Of a stretch of DNA of 64,000 bases, positions 1 to 9,625 are shown in pieces. Location of the stretch: contig DASPRX010000261.1 in assembly GCA_035624235.1 (NCBI GenBank), positions 61,125 through 125,124 on the forward strand, given 5' to 3'. The notes under the pieces were generated by a model. That model saw nothing but the letters and a program-made list of their open reading frames with translations. It was not told where the DNA came from and made no database searches. The stretch comes from Burkholderiales bacterium (GTDB lineage Bacteria; Pseudomonadota; Gammaproteobacteria; Burkholderiales; SG8-39). Every line of letters starts with the position of its first letter. Positions within the stretch are counted from its first letter, which is position 1. The position numbers were made by a program, and so were the translations under genes.

Positions 1-2388
<2,388 letters not shown>

Positions 2389-2398
2389 GTCGATTCGC

Positions 2399-2436
2399 AA
2401 AACAAAAAGCCCGTTCAGCTTTCGCTCGAAACGGGC
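2399..2436 (-). terminator. Intrinsic-terminator-like hairpin plus U-tract inside the metH 5' leader (candidate attenuator or riboswitch expression platform)
   Basis: The minus strand reads GCCCGTT-tcg-AGC-GAAA-GCT-ga-AACGGGC followed by TTTTTGTTTT. The U-tract ends 10 nt before the metH ATG, and there is no minus-strand gene upstream for it to terminate. Confidence 0.5.
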
Positions 2437-2564
2437 CTTCTTGCCTCGTGCGGCACGCGTCTCTTTAGCGGCACTTCTTTTTCACCGCCTGGCGGCGGGT
2501 CGGCGCCCGCAAGCTGAACATCAAATCGGCGCAGGATCGCAGTCTGCCGCCCTACCCCCTTTCG

Positions 2565-2594
2565 TGTCAACCACTTGGCGAGCGCGCGTATAAT
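2565..2594 (+). promoter_or_regulatory. Candidate sigma-70 promoter for the rhodanese-thioesterase genes
   Basis: Perfect TATAAT at 2589-2594, 26 nt upstream of ATG 2620. The -35 is weak (TGTCAA at 2565-2570, 18-nt spacer). Confidence 0.35.
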
Positions 2595-2619
2595 CCGGAA
2601 CCTTCGTGGAGCGACCCCG

Positions 2620-3015
2620 ATGCAACATTTCCAGCCCAAGGAGGCGTACACCTTCCTGCAGCAAAATCCCAGCGCGCTATTCGTCGACTGCCGCAGCGAG
2701 ATGGAATACCTCTTCGTGGGCCATCCGGTCGGCGCGTTGCACGTCGCGTGGAACGACGGCCCGGATTGGGACGTCAACCCGCACTTCGTCGGGCAGGTGA
2801 AGAAGCTGGCAGGCACCAACCACGCCATGCGGCCGATCGTTCTCATTTGCCGCAGCGGCAATCGGTCGCAAGAAGCCGGCGACGCACTCGAGCGCGCAGG
2901 TTTTACCAGGGTGTACAACGTGGTGAACGGATTCGAGGGCGAGATGAACGAGCGCCACCAGCGCAATACGATCGCCGGCTGGCGCTTCGACGGCCTTCCC
3001 TGGGAGCAATGCTGA
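2620..3015 (+). CDS. Single-domain rhodanese (sulfurtransferase)
   Basis: ORF 2575..3015 trimmed to ATG 2620 (GGAG about 9 nt upstream). Active-site loop CRSGNRS. Confidence 0.8.
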   Translation: MQHFQPKEAYTFLQQNPSALFVDCRSEMEYLFVGHPVGALHVAWNDGPDWDVNPHFVGQVKKLAGTNHAMRPIVLICRSGNRSQEAGDALERAGFTRVYNVVNGFEGEMNERHQRNTIAGWRFDGLPWEQC

Positions 3016-3468
3016 GTGATGGACGCAATGGCCGAGGGCAACTTCAACTCGATCACCGGCAGGTTCGCCTGCGAGGTGCATTGGGGCGACTGCGACCCGG
3101 CGGGCATCATCTTCTATCCGACGTACTTCCGCTGGTTCGACGCGGCGACTTGGAGCTTCTTCGCGCAGGTGGGCTACGACGTAAAGCGCATGCGGGAAGA
3201 ACACCTGGCGATGCCGCTCGTGGCGGCGAACTGCGAATTCAGGGCCTCGCCGGTGCACGGCGACCGTTGCGAGGTGCACTCGCGCGTGCTGCGCTGGGGC
3301 GGCAAGTCCTTCGTGCTGTCGCATCGCGTCCTGCGCGACGACGACACGCTGCTCGCCGAAGGGTCGGAAACGCGCGTATGGGCGCGGCGGGCCAGCGGCC
3401 CTGGCGGTGCGCTCAAGGGCGAGCCGATCGGCGAGGCGCTGAAGGCGCTGTTTCGCGCGAGGGTCTAG
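3016..3468 (+). CDS. Hotdog-fold acyl-CoA thioesterase (4HBT/YbgC-like)
   Basis: ORF track. VHWGDCDPAGIIFYPTYFRWFD is typical of 4HBT-class thioesterases. It starts at GTG 3016 or ATG 3019, directly after the rhodanese stop. Confidence 0.8.
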   Translation: MMDAMAEGNFNSITGRFACEVHWGDCDPAGIIFYPTYFRWFDAATWSFFAQVGYDVKRMREEHLAMPLVAANCEFRASPVHGDRCEVHSRVLRWGGKSFVLSHRVLRDDDTLLAEGSETRVWARRASGPGGALKGEPIGEALKALFRARV

Positions 3469-3483
3469 AGAAGAAGAACGGTC

Positions 3484-4296
3484 GTGGGCGACCAGAACAC
3501 GCACGATCCGCGCGCTGCGCAGGGGGCGCTCGAGAGCGCCTGCGTCGAAGCCATGGTCGCGGCCCGGTTGCTCGCGTTGGCGGTCGTGCGTAATGGCGTC
3601 CTCGTCCACGCCAGCCCCGGCTTCGCGCGCATGTTTGGCCTTGCGCCTGGAGCACTGCGGCGTCCGCTCGCCGAGCTGTTCGACGAACGCGATCGTGAGC
3701 GGGTGCTGCAGGCGGCCGGCGTCGCCGGAGAGGAGGCGGTAGGCGCGCGCGCTTTGCGCGGCGACGGGTCGCGCTTCGACGCCGAGCTCTCCGTTACACG
3801 CGTGACCCTGCCCGACGGGCCGGCGAGCGTCGTGGCGGTATTCGACATCACCGGGCATGGCACGCGGCGCGGTACCACAGTTGCGCCGCAGCGAGCACCG
3901 CAGGGGCCCGCGCAATGGAGCGCGCGCTATGAAGTCGGCATCGAGGTGATCGACGGCCAGCACCGCCACCTGCTGGAGCTCATCAACCGCCTCCAGCATG
4001 CCCTGCAGGGCGGCACGGATCTCGAGGACCTGGTCACATCCCTCAAGGAACTCGTGCGCTACACCGAGCACCACTTCGCGACGGAGGAGCGGCTGATGGA
4101 TGAGGTGGGAGCTAGCGCCGAGCGCCATCGCGGCGAACACCAGCGCCTCCTTGAAGGGCTGATGCGCTTCACGGCGAGGCTCGATGTGACAAGTGTGAGT
4201 GATAGCTCACATTTTCTTCAGGATTGGCTTTTCAGGCATATCGACGAAGTTGATCGACCTTTTGGGGCGCTCTTGCGTACGCGCGGGCAACGCTAG
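3484..4296 (+). CDS. PAS-like domain fused to a bacteriohemerythrin domain, with no recognisable output domain
   Basis: GTG start. The C-terminal half carries the full hemerythrin ligand set: IDGQH, TEHHFATEE, HRGEH, FRHIDEVD. The N-terminal ~125 aa look PAS-like (VVRNGVLVHASPGFARMFG...DGSRFDAELSV). Confidence 0.75.
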   Translation: MGDQNTHDPRAAQGALESACVEAMVAARLLALAVVRNGVLVHASPGFARMFGLAPGALRRPLAELFDERDRERVLQAAGVAGEEAVGARALRGDGSRFDAELSVTRVTLPDGPASVVAVFDITGHGTRRGTTVAPQRAPQGPAQWSARYEVGIEVIDGQHRHLLELINRLQHALQGGTDLEDLVTSLKELVRYTEHHFATEERLMDEVGASAERHRGEHQRLLEGLMRFTARLDVTSVSDSSHFLQDWLFRHIDEVDRPFGALLRTRGQR

Positions 4297-4316
4297 AGAG
4301 GTGGCTCAGGCCGGCG

Positions 4317-4355
4317 TCAACGTTGACACCTTCTGTTGAATGAGCAATCATTCAA
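4317..4355. promoter_or_regulatory. Promoter/operator region of the SDR-hydratase-TetR operon (candidate TetR operator)
   Basis: 10-bp palindrome TCAACGTTGA (4317-4326) contains a TTGACA -35 box (4323-4328). Perfect 8-bp inverted repeat TTGAATGA-gcaa-TCATTCAA (4336-4355) overlaps a possible -10 (AATCAT at 4346-4351, 17-nt spacer). The region lies 23 nt upstream of ATG 4378. Confidence 0.5.
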
Positions 4356-4377
4356 TACCATTCTAGGAGCGCAGACT

Positions 4378-5124
4378 ATGCGATTGGATGGCAAGACGGC
4401 GGTAGTCACCGGCGCTGCATCGGGTATCGGGCGTGCGACAGCCGAGACGCTCGCCGCGGCCGGCGCGTACGTACTGCTCGGCGACATCGCCGAGGCGAAG
4501 GGCGAGGAGGCGGCAAAGGCGATTCGCGCGGCCGGGGGCGGAGCGGACTTTCTCAGGCTCGATGTCACCGACCTCGGTTCGATCGAGGCATGTCGCGCGA
4601 GTGTGGCGTCGCGCCGCGGGCATGTCGACGTCGTCGTGAACGTCGCGGGCTGGGGCCGGGTCGAGCCGTTTGTTAAGAACACGCCGGATTTCTGGCGCAA
4701 GGTGATCGACCTGAATCTGTTCGGCCCGATTGCCGTCACACGCGCCTTCCTCGATCCGATGATCGAGCGCAGGGCGGGCAAGATCGTCACCGTCTCGAGC
4801 GATGCCGGGCGCGTCGGCAGTCTCGGCGAGAGTGTGTACGCGGGCGCCAAGGGCGGCGCGATCGCGTTCACCAAGTCCCTGGCGCGTGAGATGGCCCGCT
4901 TCAACGTGAACGTCAATTGCGTCTGCCCGGGCCCAACGGACACCCCGCTGCTTGCCGCGGTGCCCGAAAAGCACCGCGAAGCCTTCGTCCGGGTCACTCC
5001 CATGCAACGACTGGCAAAACCTTCCGAGATCGCCGATGCGGTGCTGTTCTTCGCGAGTGCGCGCTCGGACTTCATCACCGGCCAGGTGCTTTCGGTGAGC
5101 GGCGGACTGACGATGGTCGGCTGA
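4378..5124 (+). CDS. SDR-family oxidoreductase, BadH-like (2-hydroxycyclohexanecarboxyl-CoA dehydrogenase-like)
   Basis: ORF 4336..5124 trimmed to ATG 4378 (AGGAG upstream). TGAASGIG Rossmann motif, SDAGRVGS...YAGAKGG catalytic region, [10 protein letters not shown], and C-terminal [15 protein letters not shown], which resembles my recollection of BadH. Confidence 0.8.
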   Translation: MRLDGKTAVVTGAASGIGRATAETLAAAGAYVLLGDIAEAKGEEAAKAIRAAGGGADFLRLDVTDLGSIEACRASVASRRGHVDVVVNVAGWGRVEPFVKNTPDFWRKVIDLNLFGPIAVTRAFLDPMIERRAGKIVTVSSDAGRVGSLGESVYAGAKGGAIAFTKSLAREMARFNVNVNCVCPGPTDTPLLAAVPEKHREAFVRVTPMQRLAKPSEIADAVLFFASARSDFITGQVLSVSGGLTMVG

Positions 5125-5156
5125 CGAATTCCAGAGAAGCGAAAGGAAGGGATCAA

Positions 5157-5975
5157 ATGTTCAAGCTGAAAGCTGCCGATTGGCGACCGCAGCACTTCAA
5201 GTGGCAGGTCAAGGACCGCGTGGCCACGATCACGTTGAATCGACCCGAGCGCAAGAATCCGCTCACCTTCGAAAGCTACGCGGAGTTGCGCGACACGTTT
5301 CACAAGCTGCAGTACGCAGACGATGTGCGAGCCGTGGTGTTTACCGGTGAGGGCGGCAATTTCTGCTCGGGCGGTGATGTCCACGACATCATCGGCCCAT
5401 TGGTCAAGATGGACATGACCGGCCTGATGGCCTTCACGCGCATGACCGGCAACCTCGTGAAGGAGATGCGCACCTGCCCGCAGCCGATTGTCGCTGCAGT
5501 CGACGGCGTGTGCGCTGGTGCCGGGGCCATAATCACTATGGCAAGCGACCTGCGCTACGGCACGCCCGAATGCAAGACGGCGTTTCTCTTCGTGCGCGTC
5601 GGGCTCGCCGGATGCGACATGGGCGCCTGCGCCATTCTGCCGCGCATCATCGGCCAGGGTCGCGCGTCCGAGTTGCTTTATACGGGCCGCAGCATGAGCG
5701 CTGAGGAAGGCCTGGCCTGGGGTTACTACAACGAAATCGTAACGAAGGAAAGACTGCTGCCGCGCGCCGAGGAAATGGCCCATTCGCTTGCCAGTGGCCC
5801 GGCATTCGCGCATTCGATGACCAAGAAGTGCTTGCACCAGGAATGGAGTCTCTCGATCGAGCAAGCCCTCGAGACCGAGGCCGAAGCGCAGGCGATCTGC
5901 ATGCAGACCGGCGATTTCGAGCGCGCCTATAACGCATTCGTAAACAAGCAGAAGCCACGGTTCGAGGGCAACTGA
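5157..5975 (+). CDS. Enoyl-CoA hydratase/isomerase (crotonase) family protein
   Basis: ORF 4917..5975 trimmed to ATG 5157 (GGAAGGG upstream). Motifs [19 protein letters not shown] and GVCAGAGA (oxyanion hole). Confidence 0.85.
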   Translation: MFKLKAADWRPQHFKWQVKDRVATITLNRPERKNPLTFESYAELRDTFHKLQYADDVRAVVFTGEGGNFCSGGDVHDIIGPLVKMDMTGLMAFTRMTGNLVKEMRTCPQPIVAAVDGVCAGAGAIITMASDLRYGTPECKTAFLFVRVGLAGCDMGACAILPRIIGQGRASELLYTGRSMSAEEGLAWGYYNEIVTKERLLPRAEEMAHSLASGPAFAHSMTKKCLHQEWSLSIEQALETEAEAQAICMQTGDFERAYNAFVNKQKPRFEGN

Positions 5976-6691
5976 TGTCCACCGGCGGCTCCGCCAACCG
6001 AGGCCGGCCGGCCGCTTCCCGCACGCGCGCATTGCCGACGCAGCCGCTGGGCTTCGTCGCTAGCCAGGTCGCGGACCCGCGCCTGGTAGAAGAGCGCCGC
6101 CGCCAGATCGTCGGCGCCGCTGTGAAGCTCTTCTCCGCGCACGGCTACTACACGACCACGATCCAGCAGGTTGCGCGCGAAGCCGGGATCAGCACCGGTC
6201 TCGTCTATCAATATTTTCGCGACAAGGACGACCTGCTGTTACTCGCCTTGATGCAGGTGCTGGAGAGCTACGAAAAGGAGATCCCGCGCGCCCTGGAAGG
6301 CGTGCAGGACCCGGTCGCGCGCCTGTGCCGCGCCCTTGCTACGTACTGCTCGGTGGTCGACCGAATGCCCGGCGCGACCGTGCTGACTTACCGATCGAGC
6401 AAATCGCTGCGCGCCGAACGCCGCGTCCTACTGACGGAAGGCGAAGCGCGCACCAATCGCCTGCTTGAGGCGTGCATTCGCGATTGCGTCGAGACCGGGC
6501 ACATGCGGCAGGTGAACGAGCACCTGCTTGCCTATTCGCACGTCATGTTCTGCCACGCCTGGGCACTGAAACACTGGGCGCTCGCCAAGCGTTACACGTT
6601 GCAACGCTATGTCGCCGAAGGTCTTGCACTCCTGGTGGAGCCATTCCTGACCGGCAAGGGGCGCGAGACCTTCCTAGCGCTGCCGCAATAA
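5975..6691 (+). CDS. TetR-family transcriptional regulator
   Basis: ATGA overlap with the hydratase stop. HTH region YYTTTIQQVAREAGISTGLVYQYFRDKDDL. Confidence 0.85.
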   Translation: MSTGGSANRGRPAASRTRALPTQPLGFVASQVADPRLVEERRRQIVGAAVKLFSAHGYYTTTIQQVAREAGISTGLVYQYFRDKDDLLLLALMQVLESYEKEIPRALEGVQDPVARLCRALATYCSVVDRMPGATVLTYRSSKSLRAERRVLLTEGEARTNRLLEACIRDCVETGHMRQVNEHLLAYSHVMFCHAWALKHWALAKRYTLQRYVAEGLALLVEPFLTGKGRETFLALPQ

Positions 6692-6700
6692 AGCCGAGCT

Positions 6701-6717
6701 GGCGGGTGCGACCCGCC
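6701..6717 (+). terminator. Weak stem-loop between the convergent TetR and maiA genes
   Basis: GGCGGG-tgcga-CCCGCC followed by TACTTTG. The U-tract is poor. Confidence 0.25.
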
Positions 6718-7352
6718 TACTTTGCGTCCGGTTGTCTGGAAGGCTGCGCGCGCTGGAACGCCTCCAGCTGCATGCACTGCTCGAAGATGCGCAACACGCG
6801 GGGCGCGTGCGCCAAGTCGCAGTTGAAGCGTTGCGCGTTGAATACCTGAGGCACCAGACAGCAATCGGCCATACTGGGCGCGTCGCCGTGGCAGAACCTT
6901 CCGCCGCCGCCGCGCGCCAGGTCCGCCTCGAGCTTGGCCATGCCGTCGCGGATCCAGTGGCAGTACCAGCTGTTCTTCTCCTCCTCGCTCAGGTCAAGCT
7001 CCTTGACGAGGTAATTCAGTGTGCGCTGGTTGTTCAGCGGGTGGATCTCGCAGGCGATGAGGAGCGCGAGCGAGCGCACCCTGGCGCGACCGAGCGCATC
7101 CTTGGGCAGTAGCGGCGGGACGGGATGCGTTTCCTCCAGGTACTCCATGATCGCAAGCGATTGCGTGAGCAGATGCCCGTCATCGATAAGCGCGGGCACC
7201 AGTCCCTGCGGATTCAGCGCGAGGTATTCGGGACCGCGCTGCTCGCCTTTGGCGAGGTGAACGAATTGCGGGTCGTATTGCAGTCCCTTGAGATTCAGCG
7301 CAATGCGCACGCGAAAGGCGGCGGAGCTGCGATAGTAGGTGTACAGCCTCAT
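6717..7352 (-). CDS. maiA: Maleylacetoacetate/maleylpyruvate isomerase (GST zeta class)
   Basis: N-terminus MRLYTYYRSSAAFRVRIALNLKG, then LNPQGLVPAL and SLAIMEYLEE, typical of zeta-class GST isomerases. Confidence 0.85.
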   Translation of the reverse strand: MRLYTYYRSSAAFRVRIALNLKGLQYDPQFVHLAKGEQRGPEYLALNPQGLVPALIDDGHLLTQSLAIMEYLEETHPVPPLLPKDALGRARVRSLALLIACEIHPLNNQRTLNYLVKELDLSEEEKNSWYCHWIRDGMAKLEADLARGGGGRFCHGDAPSMADCCLVPQVFNAQRFNCDLAHAPRVLRIFEQCMQLEAFQRAQPSRQPDAK

Positions 7353-8041
7353 AGGGCCGGAACAACCTTCACCTTCAGTTCACCCACACCGTCGATATGC
7401 GCCTCGAGCTCGTCACCCGGCTTGACCGGACCGACTCCCGCCGGCGTGCCCGAAAAGATGAGATCGCCCGGCTCCAGCGTGTAGTACTCCGAGAGGTATG
7501 CGATCTGCTCCGGCACCGACCAGATCATGTCGGACAGATCCGCCCTCTGCCGTTCCTTGCCGTTCACCGAGAGCACGATCGCGCCCTTGGAGGGATGACC
7601 GATCCGCGCGGCGGGCGTCAGCGCACTGCAGGGCGCCGCCTCGTCGAAATCCTTGCCGAAGTCCCAGGGGCGTCCGTGGTCCTTGCCCCACTGCTGCAGA
7701 TCGCGCCGCGTCATGTCCAGACCCACGCCGTAGCCGAACACGAGATCATTCGCTTTCTTCGCATCGATGCGCCGGCCGCCCTTGGCGAGAGCCACGACCA
7801 TCTCCGTTTCATAGTGGTAGTTGGCGGTCTTGGCCGGGTAATGGACCGCGCCGCCGAGCGCGACCAGGGAATGCGCAGACTTGATAAAGAAGAACGGCGC
7901 TTCGCGACCATCGCCGCCCATCTCCTTCTGGTGCTCGACGTAATTGCGGCCGACACAGAAGATGCGCCGCACGGGGAACAGGTCGGAGGAACCGACGACA
8001 GGTAACGACGGAGGCGTCCAAAGCGGGATTGCGTAGGGCAT
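7349..8041 (-). CDS. Short FAH-family hydrolase (fumarylpyruvate/fumarylacetoacetate hydrolase-like)
   Basis: ORF 7349..8383 trimmed to ATG 8041 (MPYAIPL...). The upstream part of that ORF overlaps the ligase gene. Motifs CVGRNYVEH, HYETEMVVAL and GDLIFSGTPAGVG. 4-nt overlap with maiA. Confidence 0.85.
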   Translation of the reverse strand: MPYAIPLWTPPSLPVVGSSDLFPVRRIFCVGRNYVEHQKEMGGDGREAPFFFIKSAHSLVALGGAVHYPAKTANYHYETEMVVALAKGGRRIDAKKANDLVFGYGVGLDMTRRDLQQWGKDHGRPWDFGKDFDEAAPCSALTPAARIGHPSKGAIVLSVNGKERQRADLSDMIWSVPEQIAYLSEYYTLEPGDLIFSGTPAGVGPVKPGDELEAHIDGVGELKVKVVPAL

Positions 8042-8082
8042 GCTGTCCTCTGGTGAAGTGTCGCGTTCAAAAAAGCGCGATT

Positions 8083-9618
8083 CTATGCCCTGGCTTGGAG
8101 TTCGCGCTGCAGAATTTCGCGCAGCTTGAAGCGCTGAATCTTGCCCGTCGCCGTGCGCGGCAGGTCCTGCGCGGCGCGGATCCACTTCGGCCGCTTGTGG
8201 CGCGGCAGCTTCGCCTCGCACGCACGCGCGGCGGCCTCCACCGCAGCTTCCGCCTTCCGCGTCGGCGCGACGAATAGCGCGAGCCGGTCGAAGCCGTCGG
8301 CATCCGGAACCAGCACGCATACCGCCTCTGCGATCGAGGGTTCGCCAAGCACCGCCTCCTCGAGTTCGCCCGGATTTACCCATTGCCCGGCGACCTTCAC
8401 CAGTTCGTCCGCGCGACCCTGATGCGTATAGAAGCCTTCCGCATCGCGCACGAATACGTCCTTGGTACAGAACCAGCCGTCGCGAAATTGCTCGCGGGTC
8501 AGTTCCTTACGGTTCGCGTAGCCGAGCGCCAGTGCCGGATGACGCAGCCACAGCACGCCGGGCTCCGCCACGGCGGACGGATGACCTTCGAGCGCCGTCA
8601 GCCGCGCCTCGACGCCGGGAAGCAGGCGCCCGGTTCGGCGGCCATTTGAGGTGCCGACCGGGGTCACCATGGCTACCGAGAAGGTCTCGGACATGCCGTA
8701 GATCGACAGGATCTCGTGTCCGACCGTACTGCGCCATTGCTCGACCATCGCCTCGGGGAGCCGCTCGCCGGCGGCGAAGCAGTGTTTTACTCCGGCGAAT
8801 GGCGCGAGCGCCCTGGAGCCCAGCATGAGCAGCCGGCGGTAGAACGACGGGACGCTGAAGAAGGCCGTCGGCCGATGCTCGGCCACGAGCGCGCACACGC
8901 GCGCGACGTCGGACCAGTCCGTGTGCAGTACCGATGTAGCGCCTACCGCCAGTACGCCGAGCAGCGCGTGCTCGAGCCCGTAGGCGAAGAACAGGCGCGA
9001 CGTGGTGAGCACCTTCTCGCCGGGTCCGATGTGCACGACGTCGCGCATCACTTGCCCGGCCGGCAGCAGATCCTTGTGCGTGTGGATGATGCCCTTCGGC
9101 CTACCCGTGGTGCCGGATGAGTACAGCCAGAACGCCGCGTCGTCGGGACGCGTGGGAGAACATCCCTCTTGGGCGGCGCCGCCCAGCATGACTTCGTCCC
9201 ACGACGGAACCCCGGCTGGCGCGTGCCCGGAAACTGCGACCCTGCGCTCTTGCGTCAGCGCGGCGCAGAAGGAAGGAAATGCACCGGTGAACACGTCCTC
9301 CACGAGCGCCAAGCGTGCGCCGCTGTCCGAGCGCACGAAGCGCAGATCGTCCTCGGAGAGTTGACTGTTGAGCGCGATCGCGACCGCGCCGTGCCAAAGG
9401 CAGCCGAGCCAAGCCGCAGCAAGGGCGGGCGTATCGCGCATCAGCAGCAGCACGCGGTCGCCGGGAGCCACGCCAAGGGCAGCCAGCGCACCTGCGGCCT
9501 GCCGCACCCGGCGCGCGAGTTCGCCGTAGCTGATGCGCTCGTCGCCGGAGATTAGGGCGATGTTCGCCGCGTGGCGTGCGAGCGCGGCGGCGCCAAGCAG
9601 GTGTTCGGCTCCGTTCAT
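8083..9618 (-). CDS. Benzoate-CoA-ligase-family AMP-dependent aryl-CoA ligase (paralog 1)
   Basis: ORF trimmed to ATG 9618 (GAGGT upstream). Motifs AFWLYSSGTTGRPKG, YGMSETF, GWFCTKD (K replaces the usual G of the GWxxTGD hinge motif) and PRTATGKIQRF. Confidence 0.88.
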   Translation of the reverse strand: MNGAEHLLGAAALARHAANIALISGDERISYGELARRVRQAAGALAALGVAPGDRVLLLMRDTPALAAAWLGCLWHGAVAIALNSQLSEDDLRFVRSDSGARLALVEDVFTGAFPSFCAALTQERRVAVSGHAPAGVPSWDEVMLGGAAQEGCSPTRPDDAAFWLYSSGTTGRPKGIIHTHKDLLPAGQVMRDVVHIGPGEKVLTTSRLFFAYGLEHALLGVLAVGATSVLHTDWSDVARVCALVAEHRPTAFFSVPSFYRRLLMLGSRALAPFAGVKHCFAAGERLPEAMVEQWRSTVGHEILSIYGMSETFSVAMVTPVGTSNGRRTGRLLPGVEARLTALEGHPSAVAEPGVLWLRHPALALGYANRKELTREQFRDGWFCTKDVFVRDAEGFYTHQGRADELVKVAGQWVNPGELEEAVLGEPSIAEAVCVLVPDADGFDRLALFVAPTRKAEAAVEAAARACEAKLPRHKRPKWIRAAQDLPRTATGKIQRFKLREILQRELQARA

Positions 9619-9625
9619 CGTGACC

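Noticed and set aside
2389-2619. Naming the metH leader as an SAH or cobalamin riboswitch
   Set aside because: I could not find the SAH core (GAGGAGCGC...AACGGCGCUC) or a B12 box by eye. It is kept only as an unclassified structured leader in the findings. A covariance-model search is needed.
2677-4140. 487-aa minus-strand ORF across the rhodanese, thioesterase and hemerythrin genes
   Set aside because: The reasoning is the same. The three plus-strand genes carry diagnostic motifs and the antisense product does not.
4317-6032. 571-aa ORF on the minus strand spanning the SDR and crotonase genes
   Set aside because: It is antisense to two plus-strand genes with clear family motifs. Its product is a low-complexity Arg/Ala/Ser-rich sequence typical of stop-codon-poor antisense frames in high-GC DNA.
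7349-8383. Long N-terminal extensions in the ORF track (also 16577..17272, 47941..48894, 48660..49535, 50656..51462, 54060..54896, 55302..57086, 23683..25170)
   Set aside because: The extensions overlap the neighbouring gene and are Arg/Gly/Ala-rich junk. Each is followed by an internal start with an RBS at which homology to the expected family begins. I trimmed to the internal starts.
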